From positions 104,036,001 to 104,100,000 of the forward strand of contig CM068744.1 of assembly GCA_035084275.1 (NCBI GenBank): a DNA stretch of 64,000 bases, given 5' to 3'. Below the pieces are notes generated by a model, which saw nothing but the letters and a program-made list of their open reading frames with translations, was not told the origin of the DNA and did no database searches. Positions 1 to 12,320 of the stretch are shown here, one piece after another (within the stretch, counting starts at the first letter, position 1; every line of letters begins with the position of its first letter). A program made the position numbers and the translations under genes. The DNA is from Hydrolagus colliei (lineage: Eukaryota).

Positions 1-432
1 TTTGATATAGTGCCTTTCACATTGACAAGACATCTCAGAATGTTTCACAGGATATATTGTAAAATGGAGTGACTTATTTGCAAGAAGATTAGGCCAGAAA
101 AGCATAGTATGGTCATATGATCTGAAATGTAATATCATTGAATCTCTTGTTACAAAGAAAGTTTGTATTATGGTAATAACAATCCGCCGAGTATTTAATA
201 TGGCATATATAATGTCAAAGCATCTGAAAGTGCTTCATACATAATTGCAGTCGAATGGAATGAATCTGAAGTTGTATACAAACAATTTGCACACAGCAAA
301 GTCCCATAATCACACATGACTAATATTTCCGGAGGATTGGTGGTAAGAAAAAACTCCCCTTTTTCAATCCTATGGAACTGCTAGAATCAACCTAAAAAGG
401 AATATAGGTCAATGACACTTCTCAATTGATTT

Positions 433-1002
433 AAATGCCATGCTTGTCGGTGTTCCTAACTCGTCCCTCAATAGGCTGCAGATCATCCAGAACTCTGGAG
501 CCCATGTCCTCTCCCACACCAAAGCTCTGCAACCCCATCTCCATCATTCTCATCTGACTCCATTGGCTCCCCATCATTCGATGGACTCAATTCAAGATCG
601 TGGTCCTCACCTTTAAAGCCCTCCATGGCCTTGCCCCACCCTCTGCGACCTCCTAACCCCTCACCAACCTTTCCGCTCCCTCCGCTCAGCGAGCTCCAGC
701 CTGCTCCATGTCCCCCGACCTACCCACCCCATCATCGGCGGGCGAGCTCTCAGCCACTCTTTCCCCAACCTCTGGAATTCCATCCCACAATTCCTCCACA
801 TCACCCTCTCCCGAGCCTCCTTCAAGTCCTGCCTCAAACCCTCCTCTTCAACGATGCCATTGGTCACCCCACTTCCCCTCCCTTCCCTCCACACTCCCCG
901 ATTCTGACCCCAGCTCGGGTCTGAAACACTGACTGTCCAGCGTTTGGGATGTCCTCCCAATAGGAAAGCAGCTATACAAATTAAATTTTGCTGTTGTTGT
1001 TT
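433..1002 (+). mobile_element. L2 LINE 3' fragment
   Basis: Homologous to 4100-4686 (ctgcagatcatccagaactc, cattggctcccc, ttcaagatc); ends in the L2 tail and (TTG)n. Confidence 0.9.
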
Positions 1003-1789
1003 TGGGAGTCAGCTGGGTGTTTGACACTTGCAGAAATTGCACCGACTGTAAGAGTATTCAAACTAAACCAAGAATTCTATGCATGCCACCTTCGAATGGA
1101 AATTCGCGGGTTTGAAATGGAATGCACACTCCCTCTCGGAGGGACGCATCCTACTTACCTAAACCAGAAAATATTAAGCGCAGATAGCCAAGAGCAGACT
1201 GTAAGTTGGGGTACCTACCTTGCTGAAACCTGATGGACAGAGACTCTGATAATGAAGTGCTCACCCACCTGTGTCTCAGTCCAGATTGTGCACACAAAGC
1301 TCCGAATTGGGATTTGAAACCACAACCGTTTCATCCAAAGGTGAGAGTGATGCTAACTGAGCAATCCTGAAGCCTTACTTTCAATAGCTCTTCGATCATC
1401 TGATGCTTATTTGACAATGAACTATGCCAAGGTCAAGTGCAATCCTGTTCCTGCAGGTCAGCAAAGATCACTTGAGCAGGAATGTTGTCTTACATTTTTG
1501 ACTCCCTGAACTCAGAAATGTTGAAGCCAATTGCAGTACCCTAACTGCTAACCTGTTCAACTGCAAAATACAGTCACTCGAATTCATATGAGGCAAATTT
1601 AGGTGCTATATCAAGTACAACGATTATTATCTGATTCAGTACCAACAACAGCTTGCATTTATTTAGCATCATTCAAGTAGGATAACAGATGTGACTCACG
1701 TCAAGTGATGATAGGTAGGTTTTATTAATAACAAGACTCAGTTTATGAATGAACGTCAATAAAGCCACTTTAAACCCTCTTCATGCTCC

Positions 1790-2370
1790 CACTAGGTGAC
1801 ACCATCCGCAGACATGGGGTAAATTTCCACATGTGAATGGATGACACCCAAGTCTAGCTCTCCACTTGCACCCTCAACCCCATGACTACCAGCGTCCTGA
1901 CTGCCTGCCTGTTCGACATCGAGTCCTGGACAAGGCACAACTTTCTCCAGCTCAACGTCAGTAAAACTGAGGCCATCCTGGATGGCTCGCATCAGCGCCT
2001 CCACACCTTACGCACTGGCAGCATCAGCATCCATGGTTGCATACTCCATCTCACGAAGCGACAAAACCTTGGTGTCTTGTTCGACTCTGAACTGTCTTTC
2101 CTCTTCCTGATGCGCGCCATGAATAGCATTGCCTTCCATCACCTCCGTAACATTGTCAGACTCTGCCACTGCCTCACCCCTCAGACTGCTGAGACCCTCA
2201 CCCACATATTCGTCTCCATTCAGACAGCTCTGGTCTGCTCCATGTCAACCGTCCGACCCGCCCTACCATCGGTGGCCGGGCTTTCAGCCTCTCTGCCCCT
2301 ACACTCTGGAACTCCATCCCACAGTCCCTTCAGCTCGCTCTATCAATGTAATTTTGTTGTTGTTGTTGTG
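1790..2370 (+). mobile_element. L2 LINE fragment, internally deleted
   Basis: Degenerate YADD region, LNVSKTEAIL, NLGVLFDSELSF; jumps to the 3' end; (TTG)n tail. Confidence 0.88.
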
Positions 2371-2954
2371 ATAAAGGCAAGGTGCAGGTGCAGAGTCAAT
2401 ACAATGTGAAATATTACTTGAGTCTGCCTGATCCGTTTGTGGCAGGTGCATCGTGCTTTGTTTCCCTTCAGATCAGCAAAGTGAGGCTTTGTTCATGCAC
2501 TGTGGCTATTTCGCAAAGTGAGACTATTGTGCATTGTGGCGTCTTCATGCTTTTCAGGCCCCTGTTCCCTCTGTGCCATTCACTTGCAGTGTAATCATCA
2601 ACAAGATAATGTCAACAGCTCTCTTTCAGCTCTGTCAAATAGAGCAGTCGATTTTGTTCATGTAGCCACATTACCTGGATAGCATTTTGGTATCGTGATA
2701 TCTCTTGATGTTTTTGTTTTCGTTATTGGGGTACATTGGGACTTGTAGACAAAATCACCCTAGGATTTTGCTTTCTGACTTATCGTCTCGTTTTTGCACC
2801 AAAAAAGTCAAACTAAAGGTCAGAAAGCAAAAAGACTGGCATGAAACAGCTTCTGCACACTTTGGAATCATGATTTCATTTCAATTCCTACTAATTTGAT
2901 TGCAAAACAGAAGTTAATTCACATATAGAGCTATAAAACCATGGAAAACCCCTA

Positions 2955-4686
2955 CTCACCCCCCATTTCACACTTTCAACCCCACCACTCCGCTTTCAGT
3001 TACAAAAATAATTACCTCCATGAAACCCACCACGTGCTCATTGGACCCCATCCCCACCTCCCTCCTCCGCACCCAGCTCCATTTGTTAGCCCCGCTCATT
3101 TCTGACACCATTAACCTTTCCCTCTCCTCAGGCATCGTCCCTACCTCCCTTAAAACAGCCACCATTACCCCTATCCTGAAGAAACCCTCCCTTGATGCGT
3201 CGCAACCATCAACATATCGACCCATCTCCAACCTCCCGTTTTTATCCAAGGTCCTTGAAAGAGTGGTTGCGTCCCAGCTCCGCTCTTTCCTTTCAACTCA
3301 CTTACTTTTTGAACCCCTGCAATCAGGTTTCCGCCCAATTCATAGCACAGAAACTGCCCTGGTTAAGGTTACAATTGACATCCTAATCGCCTGTTACCAG
3401 GGCTCCCTCTGCCTCCTCGTCCTCCTTGACTTGTCTGCTGCATTCGACACAGTCGATCACACCATCCTCCTTCAACCTCTTTCCTCCCACCTCAACCTTC
3501 AAGGCACAGTCCTTGACTGGTTCCATTCCTATCTGACCCACCGTTTACATTTTGTTTCTTCCAACGGTTTTTCTTCAAACCCCCGCACAGTTTCTCACGG
3601 CGTCCCTCAGGGCTCTGTTTTAGGCCCCCTCCTTTTCACCCTTTACACGCTCCCTCTGGGCGACGTCATCCGCAAACATGGGGTAAATTTCCACATGTAT
3701 GCGGACGACACCCAGTTGTACCTTTCTGCCTCATCCCTCAACCCCCAGATCATCGATGTTCTGACAGCATGTCTGTCCGACATCGAGTCCTGAACGAGGG
3801 ACAACTTTTTGTAATTGAACGTGAGTAAGACCGAGGCCCTCCTGATTGGCTCAAGCCAGCGCCTCCGCACATCGGGCGCTGCCAGCCTCAACATCCAAGA
3901 CTGCACTCTCCACCTCACAAAGCCAATCAGGAACCTCGGCATCATGTTCGATCAAAAACTTTCATTCCTCCCCCACATCCGCGCCTTGACCTGCACCGCT
4001 TATTTCCACCTGCGCAATATTGCCAGGCTCGCAACTATCTTACCCCCCACGCTGCCGAAACACTCGTGCACGCATACATCACCTCACGGCTGGACTACAG
4101 AAACTCTCTCCTCGTCGGCCTCCCGAGTTCTTCCATTCACAGGCTGCAGGTCATCCAAAACTCTGCAGCCCGTGTACTATCCCGCACCCGCCTCCGTGAC
4201 CACATAACCCCCACCCTCGCTCGTCTTCATTGGCTCCCCATTCTCCAGAGGATCAAGTTCAAAATCGTCGTCCTCACCTACAAGGCCTTACACGGCCTTG
4301 CCCCGCCCTATTTAACCGATCTACTTTCCCCCTACACGCCCACCCGGACCCTCCGTTCAACAGGACCTGGCCTGCTCCAAGCCCCCCGCCCGAACCGCCC
4401 CACCATCGGAGGCCGGGCCTTCAGTTTCTCCGCTCCCACCCTATGGAATGCCATCCCTCAATCCCTCCATTTTGTTTCTTCCCTTTCCTCTTTCAAGGCC
4501 GGTTTGAAGACTTTCCTCTTCGACCGTGCCTTTTGTTCCACCCCGAACTCTTCGACCTCCCCTTCGTGTTTCACCCCTTCCCAAACACTCCCCTCTCAGC
4601 TCGGGTCACACGCCTCCTGTGCAGCGCCTTGGGACGTCCTCCCGACGTGAAAGGCGCTCTATAAAGGTAATTTGTTGTTGTTGTTG
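2955..4686 (+). mobile_element. L2 LINE, 5'-truncated, degenerate reverse transcriptase
   Basis: ORF pieces give YRPISNLPFLSKVLE, QSGFR, LLDLSAAFDTVDH, GVPQGSVLGPLLF, YADDTQLY, SRLDY.NSLL, LHWLP; in-frame stops near 3791 and 3812 and a frameshift near 4040; (TTG)n tail. Confidence 0.97.
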
Positions 4687-5867
4687 AAATTGTTCAGCAT
4701 GTAAAAGGCCATTGGATCTATCATGTCTGTGCGGGCTCTTTTCATTCTTTCAGTCCCATTTACCTGCCCTCCCACCAACCCTTGCATCTTATTCCCTTTT
4801 AAGTACTGTATTCATCTGGTCCCCTTTTGAAAGATAATAGGGATTCTGGCAGCAATATTGGTACTGGCAGAGCATTCTATATATCCTAACTATTCTATGC
4901 ATGAAAACAATTCTCCTAACCTCCCCATTTGATCATTTGCCCCACTTTGAACCCTATAGTTGTACTCAATCCCAGTTTAAATCTTGAAAAAATATTAAAT
5001 CATATCCAAGAATATGGACCAGATTGTTTTTTACTGATTAATTTGTTGCAATACCCAAATAATTAGAGTGCTTAAGGTCATTTATTTCATTGCTGTTTGC
5101 TAGGGTAAATGATCTGTTTCCTTTCATAACTATAGAGTGCCTTTCACATCTTCCTGATGCAATAGACAACAAAAATGTAATTTTGTTGTTGATAACTGTT
5201 CCACTTCAAACTAACTTGTGAAATGAAACATTACGAGACACTTTTGTGATGAGGAGCTATATTTAGCTGAATAAAATGCAGTTTATTTACAATCGAGTCA
5301 TCAAAGCACGCTTGTGTTGTCACTTAACATTATTGAGATTTGTAGAGTACTAGGTCTAATAATATTAATAATCCTTTCATTTGATATGATGTCTTTTGCA
5401 CCAGCAGAGTATTGCATAGAACTTCACATGATATACTGTGAAGGCCGTTACAAACATGAACTTGAGAAGAAAGGATATATTCATTTATTGTATGACAGAG
5501 AACAACCACTGGACAATTATTGCAAATATTGTATTAACCTAGTCTTGAAACTTATTGTTGTTTATTACTTCTGCCTTTTTGCTGATGTTCAAATTTTGCT
5601 GACAAATCATGAAAGCTAGTTTCTAAATTAATCATATTTCATTGATGACCTTGGTTTGGTCATTAGTATGACCAAACCAGTTAGTATGGTATGACATTTC
5701 CACAAGTGTTATGATAATAAAATTGTAATAAAAAGATATTCCAAAATGTTGTTTTCATGTAAAAATATATTTTGGACTTGCAGAATGTGGATTGGATTTC
5801 ATCCCTCCTTGGTTGATTAACTCTACAAAATAAATATTCAGTACACTTAATTAAGTACAAGTATCCA

Positions 5868-6540
5868 AAAAACAAAAACAAAATTACATTTATAGAACGC
5901 CTTCACCTCGGGAGGATATCCCAAGGCTCTGAACAGTTAGGTCGGGACCCGAACGGGATGGGGGAGGGGTGTAGGGTGGGGGGGGGGGTTGATAGGAGGG
6001 GATAGGGGGAAGGAGAGGAGGAGAGGGGGAAATTTAGGAGGGGGAGCAGAAGGCGTGGTCAAACAGGAAGGTCTTGAGACCGGCCTTGAAGGAGGAGAGG
6101 GAGGAAGCAAGGCGAAGGGACTGCGGGACGGAGTTCCAGAGTGTGGGACAGAGAGCCTGAAAGCCTGGCCACCTATGGTTGGGCGGTTTGGGTGGGGGAT
6201 GTGGAGCAGGCCAGAGTCCGCTGAACGGAGGGATTGGGTAGGCTGATAGGGAGACAGCAGGTCAGAGAGATAGGCAGGGGCAAAGCCGTGAATGGCCTTG
6301 AAAGTGAGGACGAGGATCTTGAATTTGATCCTCTGGGAGATGGAGAGCCAGTGGAGACAGGATGAAGGTGGGAGTGATGTGGTCGTGGAGCCTAGTGTGG
6401 GAGAGTGCACGAGCTGCAGAGTTCTGAAAAATCTGCAGCTTGTGAAGGGAGGAACTGGGAAGACCAATGAGGAGAGAGTTCCAGTAATCGAGCCTAGAGG
6501 TGATGAATGCATGGATGAGTGTTTCAGCAGCATAGAAGCC
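5868..6540 (-). mobile_element. L2 LINE 3' fragment
   Basis: Reverse complement of the same L2 3' region (LHWL..QRIKFKILVLTFKA). Confidence 0.92.
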
Positions 6541-6714
6541 ACTTTAGGACCTAAAATTTACAATACAAACCTACCTCACTTTAGCAACATTAAAGATGGT
6601 GGCCACGTCTGCTGAGTGATGGTGCTGCCATCCAGTGGCTAGTTATACCAATGTAAACAAACGCAAGAATACTTAAAAACACAAATTTTACTAAAATATG
6701 ATGTATTGTATTTA

Positions 6715-7305
6715 GTAAGGACCTCCACACCTCAGACACTGGCAGCATCATCTTCCGTGGATGCATACTCCACCTCACCAAGCTTGGTGTCTTGTTCGAT
6801 CCTCAAATGTCTTTTCTCCCCCAAGTCATGCTTTGACCCTCTCTGCCTTCCCTCACCTCTACAACATCGCACAACTCCACCACTACCTCACCCCTCAGGC
6901 TGCTGAAACTCTCCTTGATGCCTTCATCATGTCCAGGCTAGACTACGCCAATGCCCTACTTGTCAGCCTCCACAACTCCTCCCTCCATAAGCTGCAGATC
7001 ATCCAGAACTCTGCGGCCTGTGGCCTCTACTGCTCCAAGCTCCGCGACCCTATCAGCCCCATTCTTGCCCAACTCCATTGGCTTCCCAACACCCAGGATT
7101 CAATTCAAGATCCTGAGCCTCACCTATAAGGCCCTTCATGGCCTTGCCCCGACCTACCTCTGCGATCTCCAAAACCCCTACCAACCTGTCCGCTCACTCC
7201 ACTCAGCAGGCTCTGGCCTGCACTACGTCCACCGACCGCCCTTTTCAACCTTGCCATTGGTCACCCCCTTACCCCCCACACTCCCAAATCTCAACCCCAG
7301 ATGTA
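6715..7305 (+). mobile_element. L2 LINE fragment
   Basis: SRLDYANALL, LQIIQNSAA, LHWLP. Confidence 0.88.
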
Positions 7306-7329
7306 GTCCGAAACATTAATTCCTGTGAA

Positions 7330-7552
7330 ATATTGTTTGTAGGCAAACGAAACAGCAAATTTGTCTACAGGAGTGTTCTACAACAAACAGACATGAATTG
7401 AATGATTCACTTTTTGGGAGGATTTATTGGATGGCACATCTGACAATATAGTGCTCGCCCAGCACTGCACTAGAGTATCAACCTTGACTGCTTGTTCAAA
7501 GTCCATGAATGGTCTTTGAAACCATGACCTTCTGACCCAGTGGTGAGCCACA
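7330..7552 (-). mobile_element. Old Deu-domain SINE fragment (SacSINE1-like)
   Basis: Similar to the other copies (cagcactgcactagagtatcaacct...ccttctgacccag). Confidence 0.6.
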
Positions 7553-9509
7553 TATTCAAGGGGTTGGATTTCAAATTTCCAAAACATTTTCTAACCCTGG
7601 ATTTAGTCTGCAAAGTGATCCACTTGATGTAAAATACCCAGTACATAAGTTTGTAAATGTGTGCAATAGCAATTTAACCTTATGATTTGCAATTATTTCT
7701 TAATTGAACATTTGCAAAAGTCAACTGCACTAAAACAATAACCCTTGCCTCCTCCCATGATATGTTTAAACTGAGTGCCATTGTAAACAGCATATTCCAC
7801 TGTTTTAACCTGCCTTGTCCTTTATATGATAACAGCTGTAAACTCTGAGAAGTAATCGCAGTACTGTTAGCCGACTTTATTGTAGGGAAAATTGCCTTGT
7901 TTCAAGTAACTCCATAAGGCCAGAACCACTTTAAAGCTTTCAATTATATTGAAAGCAAACACACAACTTCACGCTTATTGATATAAGGCATCCTTTACTA
8001 TGTGGACAAGAGGTTTACTTTATGCTGCTAATTTGAGATTTAAACACTTTATCTGCACTTTATCTGGAATAGAACTTACTAAAACTAGATTGTGCAATAT
8101 ATTTGAGGCATTAAAAATTGTGACAATCCTGAGCTTCTTTCTCACAGCCTCTTCTGATTTAATCTCAGTGTAGCTACTTACACGTCTCTCCTCAATTGTC
8201 TGAGTCACAAATATCTTACACATTAGCATCCCATAGGTCCCATAACCCACTTCACAGGATTATTGTGGGCAGAACGCAAACATTCTTTTCCTCCTTACTA
8301 TCTCTTTACTTCATCGACCCATTGATGAACGTCCTCTTGTGGATGGGGGAAGCAACCTGGGTTTGAATAGGGTTGATCTAGATCCAACAGGCATTGTTGA
8401 TGGCTAGCCAGTCTGCCCAGCTCATCAATGATACAAGGACGGGCAGACAGGTCTACAATCCTGCAAAGTTAGTATCAGCTGGAAAATACCGACAAACGTA
8501 CCAGTGCTTTACGTTGGGGAACTGTGTACTCTCCATTAATACAGTATTTGTTGAAATTCACGAAACATCTCTGTAAAGTCCCAGAGAAGAAACAAATAAA
8601 TAGCAATCAAAGGTAGGTTTTGAAAGCTTGGGCAAAAGAGAATCGTTTAGCCCATCTTCTTGCTTTTTCCAGAGCTACTCTATAGACATAGGCAGTAGTC
8701 AAGATAATTTTGGAATCTTAAGTTAATCAAATAAAAGCTCCAGAACATTCAGCCATCCCATCTCTCCATTATTCATTACTGAACTTTTCTCTGCAGACAT
8801 AACCTCCATTGTTTCCAGTCCCATTAGCACCAAATCCTTTGTGTCCATTAGAGCACATGTTCACCTCAGTCTGTACCTGTTTCCATACGCTCGAAAGCTG
8901 TCAAATATATGCCCATTTCTGTTCCACTGACCCTCTATTCTCTGAGGGAAAAAAAAGTTTTTTTACTTTTTACTTTCCAGTCCTACTTGCCTCTCGTTCT
9001 GCTCTCATGGTCTAAGACAAGTGAAAGAACCTACTGACATGCACATCATCTTCTTGTCATTTTGAAAACCTCAATCATGACTCATGCCTTTTTTAGTATG
9101 AAAATGATTTCCGTTTGCAAAGCTCTATTCACAACTTATATCTCAATATCTCAAAATCACAATCTGAGATATCTCAATATCTGAGATTTTTGCTGATGTT
9201 TCTCCAAAGCTTCAGTCTTCTTTTGAAAAGTAGATTGCCCAAACTTCCCACAATATTCAGTGATCTGTAAAGAATTAGAATACATATTTGGACTTGTCAT
9301 CACATGACTTTAAGTCGCAAACTGGTAATGTATTTAATTATTTCTGTTGAAAGAGCTTCACATTGATTGGGAACATAAATGGATGACCGATCAATACACT
9401 GAATAATTTATCACTTTTACCTGCACTAAACCTCAAATTTGGTACGCATATTGCTGTTTCTTTTCCTTCCTTACATCAGATTAAAGTAGCTATATATCGT
9501 CGGAGTGGT

Positions 9510-9873
9510 TATAATAATAATCTTTGCATTTGATGTAGCGCCTTTGAGAGATTTCTCAAAATATACTGTACTGTAAAGTGAATTGACTGTATATTTTGGG
9601 ACTGAAAGGTGGCAGCCAATTTCACACAGTAGTGTCCCACAAACAGTCATGGATTGAGTGAACAATTTATTTGTTAATATATTCCTTTTTTTAAAAGAAA
9701 TTATTACCCTCGAAATGTGATCTGCCAATCAACGAACAACTGGATTCCTATTTTTGCTAGATGACCAGGGGCATGTGGAGTACAAATGACCAACGATTCG
9801 CCATGCTGGGAATCAAACCTAGGTATCTCATTTGTGAAGCAAGTGCTCTAACCACTGAGCTACAGGACTCCAG
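9510..9873 (-). mobile_element. tRNA-derived SINE, long variant
   Basis: Head ggagtcctgtagctcagtggttagagcac on the minus strand; tail caaatgcaaagattattatt. Confidence 0.85.
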
Positions 9874-10029
9874 ATAGTGCAACATTCAACTGCTGGAGAT
9901 ATTGGACCATCGGTCTTATAATCCCTTCCAACTTCTCTCCGTTCTCCTCATTTCTTCTATTTATTGGAGGGAGCACACAAGAGCATAACTACAATAACCG
10001 GTCAATTCGATCTGATGTTCACCCCTCGC

Positions 10030-10200
10030 CTTTGAGTTACTCCTGGAGTTCACCCCTCACTTTGAGTTCATTATTGGAGTTCTCCCCTCACTCATTATTG
10101 AGTTTACCCTTCACTCTGAGTTTTGTGTCGGGTGATTTCATCTCATTCCGAGTTCATGTCTGGAGCTCACACCTCATGTTTAATTCAGTTCCTCCACTTG
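10030..10200. repeat. Degenerate minisatellite (gagttcacccctcact-like units)
   Basis: Units gagttcacccctcact, gagttctcccctcact, gagtttacccttcact, gagctcacacctca. Confidence 0.6.
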
Positions 10201-11262
10201 ATTCCTCACTGGTCTCTGCTACTCAGAAGATCACATTAGTCACCGACTCCAGCATGTCATTTCTTCCCCAGACATCAGTGTTCTCCAATCCAACTGTCTG
10301 ATGTGTTATCAGGAGTCAAACAATGTGCGAAGACAACTATTTAGGACCTAACCCTTGAAAACTGATTTTACCTTGGATAATAGATAGAGTTAAAACTCCC
10401 TTTTGCGAATAGCCCTGTGTGGTGCATGTTTCCTGATACAAGGTTTTGTTCTGTTTTGCACCCTGATACTGACAAGAAAGCAATAGATTTAGGTCTCCGC
10501 TTATATAATATATCTGCTGATACAGTGTCCCTTTATCAGATCTTCCCCAGTTAAAGTACAATTGTCTGCCTGTGTTTTTCTCTCTGTGTTTGGCAAATTC
10601 AATCCCAGCATTTAAACTATGAAAAAATGATTAAAATAATTTGACTCACCTCACCCTACTGCCAAGATCAGAAGACAGGTTCAGATGAAGGTCGATTGGC
10701 ATTTTTATAATAATAATAATCCTTGCATTTGATAGAGCCTTATCACAACTTTGAGGAGTCTCAAAGTGCTTCACAGAATATACCGTAAAGTGAAATGACT
10801 GCATATTCTGTGGTGAAATACAGTAGTCAATCATGCACAGTAGTGTCCCACAAAGTCGTTGATTGAGTGACCTTTTCTCCTTGTTTTTTTAATGGAATTT
10901 GATCTCATTCTAATATACCTACCCAATAATGCTGCAAGCTGTTTTTAAAATATGAATCCAGCACCCTGTCTTTAACCACCAGTACTAATGGTTTGTTCTA
11001 GTTTACCTTGAACTGAGTCAACAAATCCATGTCAATAATATATTCAAGGAACAGGAGGAATCCCAGTAGAGAACTCTGAAGAATCCCATTCAAATGGCGG
11101 TGTGACCCTGGATTGTCCTAACTGGAAGATTCAAATCTCAGTCTGTGCCATGTTTGCTCTGAAATGAGACTGTTGAGATTTTATTTGACCCAAAGTTGTA
11201 GAAGACATATTCTCATGATGCTCTGTGTATTACAATAATACACTACTACTGTACTACTAGCA

Positions 11263-12320
11263 CTAATAATAATAATCCTTGCATTTGATATAGTGCTTTT
11301 CACATCTTCTAGACGTCTCAAAGCACTTCACAGAATATACTGTTAAGTGAATTGTCTGTATATTTGTGGCAAAATGTATTATTGTATTATATTGTATACA
11401 GGTATTCCTCGCTTAATGTCATAGTTGTGCTCTTGAAAAGTGCGACTTTAAGTGAAACGATGTTAAGCGGACACATTTTTCCCATAAGAATAAATGTATA
11501 AACTGGAGTTAGGTTCTTTTGGACATTTTTAATCAAAACGTTTCTAAAAAAAACATTATACGCGCTCCTTGACTGCCTGCCCAGCTTACTCACTGGCTGC
11601 CGGTCTCACTCTCTGCCGGCTGGCTAGTCTCACCTCGATACGGTCTCACTCTCTGCCAACTTGCCTCGCTCTCTTGCTGCCGGCCTAACTCACTACCAGT
11701 CTGCCCATCACACTCTTGACAGGCAGGCCCTAGTACCGTCATGCCCTCTTTCCATCCACTGGTGAACGACGTAATAGCGAACGTCACAGGGTTAAATGGA
11801 TATATGTTCCCTTTGAAATCAGAAATGTAATAACGATACAACATTGACTGAAGGAACGTTAAGTGGGGTCTACCTGTATTTATTCAAATGTATTGTGACT
11901 ATTCTAATCTCTACATTTGTAGGAATCCTGCAGCTCAGTGGTAAGAGCACTCGCCTCGCAAGCGAGAGAACTGCGTTTGATTCCAGGCGGATTCAAACCT
12001 TGGGCAATATTCCTTACTCCACACAATTGGCTGCCATGTTTTGCCCACAAATATACAGTCGATTCACTTTACAGATGTGAGAAGCACTATATCAAATGCA
12101 AGGTTTATTAATATCATTATTATTAAAACACAGCAGCAAATTACAGGCAGCAGTGTCCCACAAACAGTCATGGATTGAAGTGACCAATTTTTTTTGATTG
12201 AGGGATTATTATCAGGTCTGTGGAGTATGGAAATTTACCCAAGGTTTCGCCCTGCCATGAATGAAACCCAGGTCTCTCACTTGCTAGGCGAGTGCTCTAA
12301 CCACTGAGCTACAAGACTCC
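11263..12320 (-). mobile_element. tRNA SINE split into 11263-11376 and 12126-12320 by nested sequence
   Basis: 3' part ends tatttgtggcaaaat and resumes aaaacacagcagcaaatt...gagctacaagactcc; the interval holds a Tigger-like element and a + strand SINE (11922-12125). Confidence 0.65.
11399..11876 (+). mobile_element. Tigger/pogo-like non-autonomous DNA transposon
   Basis: TA|caggtattcctcgcttaatgt ... acgttaagtggggtctacctg|TA: imperfect TIRs with TA target duplication. Confidence 0.8.

Noticed and set aside
625-932. Proline-rich and G-rich ORFs here and at 4230, 5937, 21423, 42900, 45966
   Set aside because: Alternative frames or antisense of C-rich L2 sequence.
3020-4650. Long ORFs (257, 130, 194 aa) as a functional RT gene or retron-like system
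   Set aside because: Fragments of a 5'-truncated L2 ORF2 with stops and a frameshift.
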